Source: Zygnema circumcarinatum SAG 698-1b (lineage: Eukaryota; Plantae; Zygnematophyceae). From it: a DNA stretch of 64,000 nucleotides. Shown here one piece after another: positions 12,261 to 24,744 of this stretch. Under the pieces are notes generated by a model, which made no database searches, had not been told where the DNA came from, and was given only the letters and a program-made list of their open reading frames with translations. The stretch is from contig CM074804.1 of NCBI GenBank assembly GCA_037447605.1, positions 7,231,909-7,295,908 of the forward strand, read 5' to 3'. The first letter of the stretch is position 1. The number at the start of each line of letters is the position of its first letter. A program made the translations under genes and the position numbers.

Positions 12261-15200
12261 TCAGCCGGTGTTGCGCATGTTGCTGGCAATGGCTTTGATG
12301 GTCCGCAGCAATGGCTTCTCCCAGAGATCCAATGTCTCTGGCAATGCTTGCGGATCTCTCCTTCTCCCCAAAAGGATTACCTGAAGCAGTTTTAAGACGC
12401 AGCAGGGTCAGAGATCACCTTCCGTGATTCCCAGCTCAAGCTCAGGTGCAAGTCTGAAGATTGGATGTGAGTGGTACTTAGGGCCAAGCACATGTTTGCT
12501 CGATGTTTGGAAGGCACACAGCATATGAATGACAACAGTATGTTGAAGTCCGAGCAGAATGGGCTGAGCACCTGAATATGGTTCAGTGGATCAAGGTAGT
12601 CGCGCCGTTTTTCAAACGATTGCTTCAGTGTGGTGTTATCCTCTTGGAGAGTATTCAACTGGGCGACCATGAGGATCTGCAGGCGGCGTCTCAGGCGCAC
12701 CGTAAATGGTACAAACTCAAACTCCATTTTTCAAAAGCAGGAAACCGTATAGTCAATCTCTTTTTCAAAAGGGCATCCACCCCTCAGCTGGTACACCATT
12801 TCCAAAAGGAGCTCAGGAGAGGCATACCTGTGACTTGGTCAGCTCATACTCTCTGGCAACAACGTCATATACTAAACTCTGTGTGATGCGGTTCCTGCAC
12901 TCAAGCACAACCGAGATGCATACTGCAATCGTCACCAGGAAATGCAGGCAAACAACACCGAAGCATTCCCTCAAAACTATAATTTGTCATTGTGCGCCCA
13001 AACTCCCACATATCTTCTTTCATCCACAAAACTTCTCTTACAAACAATAGCCACCGAAAGAGGAACGTCCTAACTTACTGGCAGAGGCGCGAATATTCAT
13101 GCGCGATTTCCATGGATGCTTTGAACAACGACATCTGTTGCCCTCACTCAGAGAGTCAGCACAGGAAGAGGAACAAAAGAGCTTCCACACCAACTTTTTG
13201 CCAAGTGCAGCAGCTATTCACCTGCCTTCAAACCAATCCTGACCTCCCTCTAGACGCAAGAGATGAATAGATTTAAAAGCAACCATTGAGAAAAGGAGAG
13301 TTTTTCTGGATTCCAATATTGACCTGCACATTGGAGAGAAAGGTCCGGAAGAAGGGCCAGTCGCGGTACATTCGTTGCAGCTCTTGGATACGTTCTATGC
13401 GGTTTCCAGTGTATGCAAGTATACCAGAGCCCACTCCATACCAGCCAGGTATTGTGTGACGTGACTGCAGCAGCCCTCCCACAACACAAACTGTTAAGCT
13501 TATTTCAAACATTGGATGATCTGTTGCCGAAGAGAAACGGATAAGTTTTTGCCCACCTGAGACCAGCCGAAGACCCAAGGAATGGCTCTCAAGCTCGACT
13601 TGTCACGCACACCAGCTTTGCGGCGAGCAGGTCTGCTTCCAATGTTCATCAGTCCAATTTCATTCACAACTGTTGCTTCATAGAAATAGTCGTAAAATCC
13701 CTCTGTCTCCTCCGTCAGCTCACGGTATGCTTTCTCCGCTCCTTCCAGCACCACCTTCATCACGTCAGAGTCCTGACAGCAACGCAGAAGCTGGGGTAAG
13801 CAGACTGCTGAAGTTTAAGGATAGAGACGAGCATACCCACATGATTGCGATGCTTTTTGGATGCGGCAACTAATAAAAGCTCACTCTAATCTCCACATAA
13901 ACAGCATTCAGATTGGAAGTAGAGGTTTGACCTCAAGAGATAGAATTGGTTCTACACAATTTGAAGCTTCGTTTCTGTTCCAAAAACATTTGTCAACCGG
14001 CAGCCCGCAGGTGTATAAAATGAGTCCAAGCGGGACATTACTATGGTCTACACCAAACTCTTTCTTCTTCGTTCCACAATTTCGTACTCTCCTGTTGTAG
14101 CTCTCTCACCTCTGGACGGATGTTCTGCTGCAGCTCTGTCGCCGGATGGCTCGCTTTCATGACAGCAGTTACACCGACCTGCAGCTCTCCCAACCCACCA
14201 GTATTTGGCTATTGTGGAAATAACATAGACGCTGTTACTCTCCTGTACGCTCCCTCCCACAACATAACCTGCGAACTTGACCACATAACCATAATCACGA
14301 CCAAAGAGTTACGTTGTACCCACCGTGAGCTCATATGCTGCTGTTTCACTGTTTCCATATCGATATGTGATCACCTCCCCTTGCTCTGTAAACTTGATCT
14401 GCCCATTTACTGAACCTGATGGCTGCAAAATTCCAGCAACAACTTCCGCTCGTTACTCGTAGCTACCCCATTTCTACGCCTTCCACAATCTGCAAGCTGA
14501 ATGATTGAAGTTGCCCTACCTTTAACGTCACGAACTCAAGGGCAATCAAAAGTAAGCAGTAACCTTTTACGCCTCTCTATGATGAGCTACCTCCCCCCCC
14601 CCCCCCCCNNNNNNNNNNCCCCCCCCCCCCCCCCCCCCTTACCTGGGAGAGCACACTCTCGTGAGTGGGCCCTGCTCCCCGACCGACCGTTCCCCCCCGA
14701 CCGTGGAAGATGCGGGCACGCACTCCCGCAGCACTGGTCGTGTTTTTAATGACTTCCTGCGCCTTGTAGAGGTTGAAGGCACTTGCAGTAATGCCCCCAT
14801 CCTTGCACGAGTCCGAGTAGCCGAGCATCACTTCCTGCCAGAAACTCCACTGGTAAGTATCCTCTCGCCTACTTGCATTCAAAAGCTAGAGATTAACACC
14901 CTGCCTCTGATCGTTTTAGGGCTCAGCTTCTATTGAGAAACCAAAGAGAACTACCGTTGGAGTAAAGAGTTAGTATCCAAAGTTTTGAGGACGGGTAGAG
15001 AATGCGGAGCACACCTGCATGCCTCCGGAGGCAGTTAAGATGTCTTTGTAAGTTGCACATTCCATGAGCTGCTGTAACGCTGCTGGCATGCCCTGTTCAT
15101 GACATGGCATTTTTCTCGTTTCTTAATGGGAATACTTAGCATTTATGAGTGCCCTAGCATTTACAAAATTCAGTTTTGAGGAGCAAGAATTGGTATTTAA

Positions 15201-18200
15201 ATTACTTGAGCATTTGTGATCCTCACATGCACCAGTGCGCAACCATATGCAAACTAGTACTACCTCTTCTCCATCTACACTTCTCTCCATTATCCCTGAT
15301 CCCAATAGCCACGACGAAGTTCACACTAAATAGCAGCCGACTCCGATTGCGCCAGCTACTAAAATTTATTCAGTGCTAATATAATATTTGATGTACTCCA
15401 GAATTTTGAATCAAGGTCAACAGACTATCAATCTAAGTTAAAAAGTTGAACTTGCATCGTTTTTCCCGAAATCCAGTCTTGAAGTGAAAGGAAAGCTGTA
15501 GTCAAGCCTTGGCGAGGGAAACAGAAGGTGCATTTGAATGAACGAACCTCTAAATCAGGAATGGTCTCAAAGAGAGGAGCCACTACAAGTCGTGCATACC
15601 ACTCCCCATTTTCTCGCCTTCCGACCAGACCCCGGTTGACAAGCCATCCCAGAAATAGCACCTGCATCAGCCCGGCTCAACATGAGCAGCCATCCATGGC
15701 AGTTTCAACAACAATTCACAAGAACAGCCGGTTTGAGCCGGTTTGGTTTGGTATTCCGCACGCCACGGAGAGAGATTATATTTGCCAGAATTTCATTTTG
15801 GCTGGCCAACCCTCTACGTTGTTTGCCGGGAAGGAGAGTAGCAGCGAGAAAGGGCTTACCTCAAGCACGTGGGAGGACTGACGAGTCATTGAAATGACGT
15901 ATGAAGCAATCGCTTTTTCGGATATGTTGGCCTTGATGTTGGCAACTGCATCCAAAACCTTCACTACCTGTCGGGTGCTTTCTGTCATGCGTTCCATCAG
16001 CTCCTGCAGTCAGCAAGCAGCACAGCTCATCAAACACAGTAAAAAGGAACCTCAAGGAGCCGAAAATTGCCAACAAGAAGTTAAGGGAGCATCGGTGCCT
16101 TTATTGGCATGCATATGTAAGCAAGAAAAGGCCCAGAGCGATCACAAAAGGATTTCTTTAGTTCATTCAATTCCAGAAAAAAAGGAGGCAAGAGCTAACA
16201 TTAATCGCGGGTGGAGGAGATTTCAAGTATCGTTCCAACAGTTCCATGCGGCCCATATTGTCGAGTGCATTGTAGTCGTCCTCGCAACCCAACAGACGAA
16301 GACACTCCTCCACCGCCTGCGGCAGAACGCTGCTCATTAGTCATAAGTAAGCCAGAAATACGAACCAGAATAATAGTTAACTCTTCTGCATCGCCCATTC
16401 CTTTTAGTCTGTGCCCAGTTATGCGAAGTGTAATTCTCACCGCGGTATGCACTACTGACTCTTGCCGTACATCCAGGGCACAGAGATAAAGGCCGAAAGT
16501 CTCCGCCAGTCGCAAGAGATCCTTCAGCTTAGAATCAGCCAATCGTGCATCTCCATTTTCTCGTAGAGAAGCCTACACATGCAAGAAGACAGCTCTGCAT
16601 CATACGACCAACCTCTTATCTTACGAAGGTTTATGCAGCCCATGACAAAGAAGTCAAAGTGTGAGGGATCATCATCCACTTACATCAATGAGTTTGAGAT
16701 CTGCGAGAAACTCCTCTTCTGAAGGATACGAGTCCACTTCAGGCGCAAGCCCGGGAATGTCATCCAAACTGAACTCCAAGTCAATGAGCCATGGAGCATC
16801 CTGCCTCCGACAAATCGTTCCAACTTTCTTTGGTTGAGCTCATACATTTCGGGCAAACCCCCAGTGCATGCTTCAAATGCTCGAAGCGTTTCTATGCATG
16901 ACCGGCATTCCTGAGGCTGACCTTCCACACAGAGGCTGTTCTTAAATAACTGGCCATGAAGCATATACAAAGACAGACCCATAAGCAGCCTTAAATTCCT
17001 ACAACATTTCGTGAAGGATACATAAGCTTGACATTCACAAACAACCAGCATTTTGACAGCTGCTGATTTCACTAACCTCGAGTGCAAGATTGCTGAACTT
17101 GCGGAGCAAAGCATTCACTTTACGAATGTTCTGCTCTAACCGATGCCTCATTACTCGCAGTTTCAGTCTGTAAGGTTCCTGTGCTCAGGCCACAACCCAA
17201 CTGTCATCAGCCGGAAAATCTCTATCATTGGTGGTGACAAGAGGTGCCAATAAGTCAAATTATTCTTTTACGTGGAACACCGCCTGATGTGCTTGCAGAC
17301 AAGAAACATCTTGCAGGATTTCACAAGGGAATTCATGCCAAGTTCTGATTCTTCCCCTTTTCTCTCAAGATTTGAGCTGAAAGTCCCAAGAAAAATCAAT
17401 GGACTTCTCTTTACATGTTCAAATCGAGTGAGATCGTTTCGAATCGACGGGACATTAGCCAGCCGTTCTCGATCTCCTTCTAGAGACCCAAGCAGAGCAG
17501 GGCTGACATTGCAGATTCGCAGGGAGTGGGTAAGTGCTTCCTGCCATTAGAGCGAAACAAACAAGAATTTCAAATAACTAAAAACAAGCCGAGCCGTGCT
17601 ATTGTCAAGAGCATTGTCTACCTCGCCTGCTTACTGCTTACTGCTCACCATCATCTTGGACTATGTTGCTACACACAACAGATCCTTGACCCAGGATTGT
17701 ATACCTTCTAGGTATGCCTACTTGCGTATGTAGTTTAAGCTCAATCCAACAACCATCTCGTACCTGGCAGCTTTTGCAGCGTTTGATATATTCTGCAAGA
17801 ATAAGGCGGCTTGAAAGCAAGGCGGCAACCTCCGTCGTCTCAGGAAGCACTGCTTGCTCAGCGTGTAGAAGTCATGGAACGATTCCCACATACAAATTCC
17901 ATCCATACGTGAGAGGGATCCTTTGGCTACTTTGGACTAGCCAAAGAATTACTAGAAATCTAGAAATCTAAAAGCTAGAAATCTGATAGCTGCGGCCACT
18001 GTGAACCCGAAAAACTGCAACTCACCAAAAGGGTTGCCATCTCTGTCTCCACCAATCCACGATCCGAACTTGATGAAGCTTGGGAGCTTCAGACCTGCGT
18101 TTGGGTACACATGCTGCAAGGAGAAAGCATTGCCAACTGCCAATGAGTTTCACAAACACTGTCGAACATTCGATCAATGGGAGGCTCAGAAGCTCTGTTC

Positions 18201-21200
18201 TTCCTTAAGGTTCAATCTTTTCTGCTTTTCCTTTTCTCTGATTAGTAACATCCACTACCACTCTCGCTAAAACTTAAAGAGAACTCACTCCAAGCGAGTT
18301 TTCAGCATAACGGTAGGTGGTGCAGACTGCGTCAAATAGGGAGAGTCGGAAATAATCGAGGCCTGTTAGGACCTCTTCCAGTACGGAAGGTTTGCGTGAT
18401 CGCATTTCATCTGTCCGCCAGAGGACCTCAATCTGCATCACCCATACTTCACATCAGCAGTCTGTACAGCCCCAAATATGAGCAACTTGAATATAACTTG
18501 TAACCAGGCGTAAAACTATTATGATGAGATAGTCAAAGCACTTCATCACAAATTCAATAGGGTTTCAACGACGAGTGGAAAATTTCAAGTGCGTGAAGTC
18601 GCTAACCTCTGCTTCAACTTCTTCGTTGAGCTGTGAGAGCTGTGCAGGGCTTAAACGTGGATCCTGCATTGCAACATCATCACCACCTTTGAGAAAGCTA
18701 AATCCTCCACATGCGGTTTGGCACATAGCCTGCCATCACGTTAGCTATACAGTCAGTGTATCGTATGGTGCCAATGCAAATGCATAATACTAATGAGGTT
18801 ATACTGTTGTAGGGTTGTGTGAAATCACGTTCACGACAATTACAGTAGGACAAGGGCTATGTACGCCGTGTACAAAATGCGTTTTAGTTTGTGCCAGAGT
18901 GGCGATATAGCTTAAGAGATGAGTCCCACATAATGGCGTCGGTGAAACAAGATATCGATTAAGAGGTTGTTCAAGTTCGAGGATATAAGTCCCACAGGGA
19001 AGACTCACTCGACAAGATCATGGCGATCCAAAAGATTTCAGACTTCTTCTCGCTACAAACAAAGATTGTCTATTAAACTCGAAAGGCTTTTACAGTAAAA
19101 CACCTCTAAAGTTGTTTCCTTCGGACCAGCCCCTCATGATAACTCAAAGAGGATAAAACTTGGCATGGCATGGCATGGCATGGGCATGCATGCATGTTAC
19201 TGTAGGGTTGGATTCCTTCAGTCATATAGTATTGCAACAAGATAGGACAGCAGTTCAATGTTAAAGTTAATACAGCGGAAGGGGGAAGTTGTGCCTAGGA
19301 GCAGAGTCCTTCTATATCGTATGTACAACCTAGAAGCGGCCTTCCCCTGCATAAAGTGCCTACCTCGCGAGCTGTGCAAAGGCCAAAAATTCGATGCAAG
19401 CACTTGAGCACCTCCCGCCTTCGCGCCTCGGTGGGGTGTGCAGTAAACACTGGATTGTACTGCAGACCAGAAAGAAAGACCACTTACTAAATGCAGAGCG
19501 GAAGGGGCCCTTAAATCCAAATACCGCATCTGGTTGTCAGCATTCGAAATGGGCAAAAGAAGGATAAGCTTAAACCAATCAAGCAAATGGTTTGAGTCGG
19601 TTCAAGCGCAAACTTCGAGGAAAATCATGGCTAGAGATGCGCACCTCAATCTTATTTAACAGCTGTTGGAGCTCCTTTGGGCCCACATCTGCTTTGCGGA
19701 ACTGTCGGAATGTGTGGTCGAATGAAGCATACCAGAGCGGTGTGGCGCTGCGGGAGACCCATACCTCCTCTCTTCGCTTGCGATGAGCATGTGCTTCATC
19801 TACTATGTTGAGAAGAGACGAGTACAAGTAGTAGAGCCGGGTTACTCCCGTAACCTGCACCCAGTCAAGTTGGAATCGAGGTCCTCGTCAGAACTTCTCC
19901 TCACACGACAGTGCCCGCCATTTGATGTCTGAACCGTTTTGAGGAAAGTACATTTGAAAAGCTACTCTATGAAAGCTATGGTTTATGCTTCTGTCCTCAC
20001 AGTGGCAGCATCCATTTTGTCGATGTAGCGCAGCAATTCAGCTCGCTTGCGTGGGTCTTCTTGGTATCTGAGTAATTTGAAGCCCTTCTGCAGGAACTTG
20101 CCCTGCGAAAGATCAAGACGACACCCGTCCGGTCAGTAACAATCACCTCGAGTGAACTCGTCACTCTTAAGAACGTAGCAAATTCGACTAATGGTTGCAA
20201 GAAAAGCAGGAGTAGCATATGGGGCCAGTTACCCAACAAGCAAACCGGTAAGAATTTCCATGACGACACGGAGAACAGACTAAGGAATGGGCCATAAAAG
20301 GGTCACTCACAGCTTCCAAAATGCCAATGTCGCCGTAAGAGGCGACAACCTTCTCCAAGCACGCTGAAAGGAAAGCTTCCTGAAGCGATGATTGGTTCAC
20401 ATACAAAGACCAAGTGGAATCAGACATAGCCTTCAAGATCACAACGAAAAGGCCCACGACAGAGGGGCTCTACACTCCATGAACATGCAGCACTAATAGC
20501 ATCTGTTCAAGCTTCAAGTTGGCCCAATGCATCCTATTCATTGCCATCAAGAATGCAGTTTAAAAGTGGCACATGCTGCTTTTCTATTTGCTGTCAAAAC
20601 GCGCTGGAGTGGTACGTAAACTCTAAGAGTCCGTAGGCAGGCGGCCGATAGGGTGCGCCGTAAAATAAGCGAAAGGAGGTCCTACAGAACTGGATTGGGG
20701 ATGGCTGAGCTTTACTCGTCGGCGTAACATAATAACTCCTAAGTCCTTAATAGGCTCAACTGAAGGTAGGGTTTCCCTTGCCTTGCTGACCACTTCAAAG
20801 GACACAAATTGTGATAAATTCCTAAATATGATAGCAGAAGTAAACAACCTCTGGACGATAAGAATATAAGAGCGCTTCATCAGGGCATCGTAACATGTCA
20901 ACAAGGTCGTGTGCAGTCTAAAGTGATCGAAGAAGTCCAGAAGTCTACCATTACACTTAAAATGGCGATAGGCATTGCCATTAATGCAATGGCAAATGCC
21001 AACAAACCCAACTCGACTAAATGAAGCAGCAGATAAGTCGCACACATTCGTCTAGTTAACACGTAAACTGAACATATTAAAAACTAGTCCTGATTAAGGT
21101 GACTCATTTGACTTAAATGTATCCATGTATAAAGACTTTGAAATTTAGGTTATATTGAAAAAACTGATTGAATTCACCTTGCATCTCTATAATCGGTAAT

Positions 21201-23592
21201 CGTATACTGGATACAGAACGCTAAGGAGATAATTCGAAGATAGATTGCGCAATTCAACTCAGTGTGAACCCAATTGATCAAAGCTTCGGGACTCCAATGG
21301 AGGCGCCATAGAAGACGACTGCGTATTCCCAAGATGTGAAGATGCTAAGTTCAGTATTTGAGCAAAGAAGATACCTCCTCTTATATCAATCTAGTGCATT
21401 TGCTTGCTAGTATTTTTAATTTAGTTTTGCCCCTTCTGACATTGTTTGAAGAGCTGTTATTGCGTATTTACGCTGCTTTTATGATGGCTTGCCATGCTGG
21501 ATTAGTCAGTGGCTTGCCTATCTACCATACGGGAAGATAGCCTTCTGGCTAGCACACCACGGTTTAAAAAAAAAAAATGGTGAATTATCTACCCCAATGC
21601 AGCCAATACGGCTACGAGGTGAAGTAGCCAAATTCGTTGGTAGTGTTGTAACGCAAAGCGGCAGTCAGGAAAGAAATTGGCTTTGATCTTGCTTCCTTTT
21701 TAAGCGTAGTTAGCCATCACTCATTCTCTCCCTCCTTGGAAAGTGCATCATGCTCTGATAACCTAGTGAGGCATGCCTAATGCTGGCGGTATATGTATAT
21801 GTATATGTATATTCCTTGTCCACGAACGTCAAACGCTGACTTGACAGCTAGGCTGAACCGCATTAAGCTACCGCGTTAATGGTTATTTTTGAAGTGTTCA
21901 AAAGCTGGAGCTTGCTAACCTGCTCTGCCAATTGAGGATCCTCCTTTGACATTTGGATGCGCTTTCTCTGAGCGAGCTTTTTGAGAATGGCTGTTTGCAT
22001 TTCCTTCGAGCGCTCCATCGAGACTGCTCCCTGCGTGTCCGCATCGAGAACGACAAAGATATCCAGGACACGTTGCTGCTGTGTCATGATACGCGCCTCC
22101 TGTACACTGCTCACCAAAAAGACGAGTTTTCGTCATATAAAAGTTTGCTATGCCTAAGAGACAGTAATCCTCACAACGGAAAAAGAACAATGAACGGGGT
22201 TTACCTCTTCATTCCCTTAACAGAAGTACAAGGCAAGTCCTCAGCACTCGTAACATAGGACATCATGTCGGAAACAGTCAAAATTAAAACGCAAGCACGG
22301 GCTGTCTGTTGCAGAAAATCTATACAACACATCATTTGATGACACTTTAATAAATGCCAGAATACAATTTTAACGTTAGGCCAACTATGACATAAAGTTA
22401 TCCTGGGGCATCGGAGTTGTAAACTACTTCCTCCATAAACAATTCATAAATAGCCTGTAACACAATTCAGAAGTTACCTCCGTATGCCCACTTGCTTGAA
22501 ATAGAGATGGCAAAAGCAAAATTACGTTGACTTCATCAAAAGTTACTGCGAAAATAATTCTCTTGCTGCTTAGCGAGGGATGATTAGACATGCCTGAGAT
22601 TAAAGCTGCTAAAGACAGTTGTAACGTCCACCAGCAGGTCTTCCTGATGCACTCCCTGCAACTCCACTACCGTGGCTCCAGGACTGCTCTCATTGTCAAC
22701 TCGAACTGAAAAGTCCAATTCTACATCCGAAAGCGATGATGCGCCATTCCCGTTTGAGCCGTTTGCTGCGATTCCCAGAGCTGGCGCAGAGCCATCCAGG
22801 GAAGAAGCAGCTGGTTCCACCGAGCCACCCACATTGGCGGTGCACTCTGTTGCTCTGACTTTCCGCGAGCTGAGATCTCCTTGAAGCCCGTTAAAAAACA
22901 ATTGCTGTCAGTAATACAGTCCCACCTTTGAAAGAGCTCAGAAGTTATAGGAAATAAGGAAAAAATGGGCGTACATCACCTGTGCTATCACACCGTAACT
23001 GTAAAGGACGCGAAAAAGGAGGAAAAACAGAAATACAGGAAAATGCAATCCGAATTTAGGAGGAAAACAAAAACAGGTGGTAAATTAGACTCTTATATGA
23101 AGCTCATTTATGAATTCGATCCACGAAAAGTCATCACCTGGAAGCTCCCGGCAATGAACTGAGTCCATGATTGTGCACTTTCAGAGGTTCTCCAAAGAGC
23201 CAAGTGCTTCCAGTCGGCTTGATCTGCTGTCCCCAAGCAGGAGAGCAAGATTCAGGCAGCAAAAACACTTCAGCTGCAGCGTTTGCGAGACGTTTGCTTT
23301 CCTGGCCTCGCAAACGTTTGTCGGTTGCAGAAAGTGTGCCTCACCTGCTTAGGCGAAAGATGGCTGGAAATATCTGATCCAGATGAAAAGAAGCACCTGC
23401 AATGCAGAGAACAACAACATTCCGCAATGCATTTCCAATGTCATTTCACGGATACGATTTGCCCATTATGGCATGCAAAAGGAAAGAGAGGCAGACGCGA
23501 ATCTATTCGCTACTGGAAAAAAAAAGAACAATCGAGCTGCACAGTCCGCACCCCGGCAGAGTGAGCGTCCTGCACGCCATCCTGGCCGCCAT
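12261..23592 (-). CDS. PPC: Phosphoenolpyruvate carboxylase with N-terminal transit peptide and ACT domain; about 30 exons
   Basis: All PEPC motifs occur in order: [11 protein letters not shown] (exon 19459-19364), [116 protein letters not shown] and C-terminal MRNTG* (stop 12263-12261). 5' exons 23592-23552, 23396-23345, 23223-23138, 22869-22594, 22106-21920, 20379-20311 and 20102-20001 splice in phase. The first three of these are less certain. Confidence 0.95.
14593..14637. other. Poly-C tract with assembly gap (N) inside a PEPC intron
   Basis: C-run interrupted by n characters, directly after the donor of the GRGG exon. Confidence 0.95.
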
Positions 23593-23959
23593 GGCCTGCT
23601 CCTGCACCTGCTCCTGCTCCTGCTCCTGCTTCCACACTGCTTGCGTTCGCTGCCGCTCTTGCCCTCCGCTAGCCGACAGTGCTTCCGTATTCCGTGCACA
23701 CACGCTCGTACGGTGCCGTATGACCCCAAGCAGGCCGCGGCGCAGGGCCGCCGACTGGCCGGGCGGGGGAGCTCCCTGCCACGTGGCGCCATGCACTGCC
23801 CGCCGAAAGATACACCGCCGATATTTTCGGATCATGACGTCATGTGGCGCGGTGCCATTGGCGAGTTTAGTCACCTGCGATTCAGGAGCGGACAGGCGGG
23901 CAGAATGGCCTCGTGAATTCGGACTGGCGGACGGTACGGCAAGGGGGTACAGTACAGTA

Positions 23960-24437
23960 CAGTGGGGGGTCCTCGTATTTACCACCCCAAGGAGTGCGTC
24001 CTCAATATTTTCGCCCCGATTTTGCCGAAACCACCTTTTTGTACAGTAACTTGTGTTAGCCGTACTATTCGTACTGTTCGTACTTTCCGTACTGTCCGTA
24101 CTATCTGTACTAGCCGTTACGGGCTTACGCAAAACTCACCTAATCTCCCCGCTCGTGCCGCCGTAAGAGGCGCTCGCTCTTCTCCACGTCGTCTTGACTT
24201 CGATACGATACGATACGAAACTCCCCGATACGGTACTATCCGTACTAGCCTACGAGCCGTAGTATCCGATACAGTACAATACGGTACGATATGATACGGT
24301 ACGATACGTACGGTCCAACATGAACTCTAACATAATACCGCCCGTCTATTCGTAACACGAACCTTATATATGCAAAATTAATATTTTCGCCTCATATTGG
24401 CCGGAACCAGGGTGGAAAATACGAGGACCCCCTACTG
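23960..24437. mobile_element. Tc1/mariner-type MITE, 478 bp
   Basis: TIR CAGT(G/A)GGGGGTCCTCGTATTT(A/T)CCACCC, 26 of 28 positions matching, with TA on both sides (23958-23959, 24438-24439). The interior has CGTACT and TACGA short repeats. Confidence 0.8.
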
Positions 24438-24647
24438 TACTGTACAGTATGGTACTGTTTTGAGTGGCGCGATCCGCGATTGGGGAATTTAGTCCCCTTT
24501 TGTAATAAATAATTCTCAAGCGTGCTGGTTGTTGGTGGCCTAACGCTGCTCCCTCCCTCCCTCCCTCCGCGCGATGTGATGCGATGTGGTCGTGCAAATG
24601 GGTGAGCCGAGGCGTAGCGTTCCGCCCCTAGCTTTCATAAATTTGTG

Positions 24648-24744
24648 CTTAGGTCCTTTGCGGCCAGTTCCTCGTGACTCCCCATGCTGACTTTGTCCAT
24701 GTACATTTGATGGCATCATCGCCATCGTGAGATCAATGCCACTT
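24648..24744 (+). repeat. 97-bp dispersed repeat, copy 1
   Basis: Ungapped match to 48924-49020, 87/97 identical by manual alignment. Confidence 0.9.

Noticed and set aside
20623-21045. ORF in the large PEPC intron containing IKDLGVI, reminiscent of a LINE reverse transcriptase C-terminus
   Set aside because: Only one short motif matches, with no YADD or flanking RT motifs. It could be a decayed fragment but is unsupported.
12261-23592. PEPC as bacterial contamination
   Set aside because: It has about 29 spliceosomal introns and is flanked by eukaryotic genes and plant-type MITEs.
23383-24294. Overlapping 177-215 aa ORFs around the PEPC start
   Set aside because: They are shadows of the GC-rich promoter, 5' UTR and MITE repeats. 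Only [14 protein letters not shown] is used, as exon 1.
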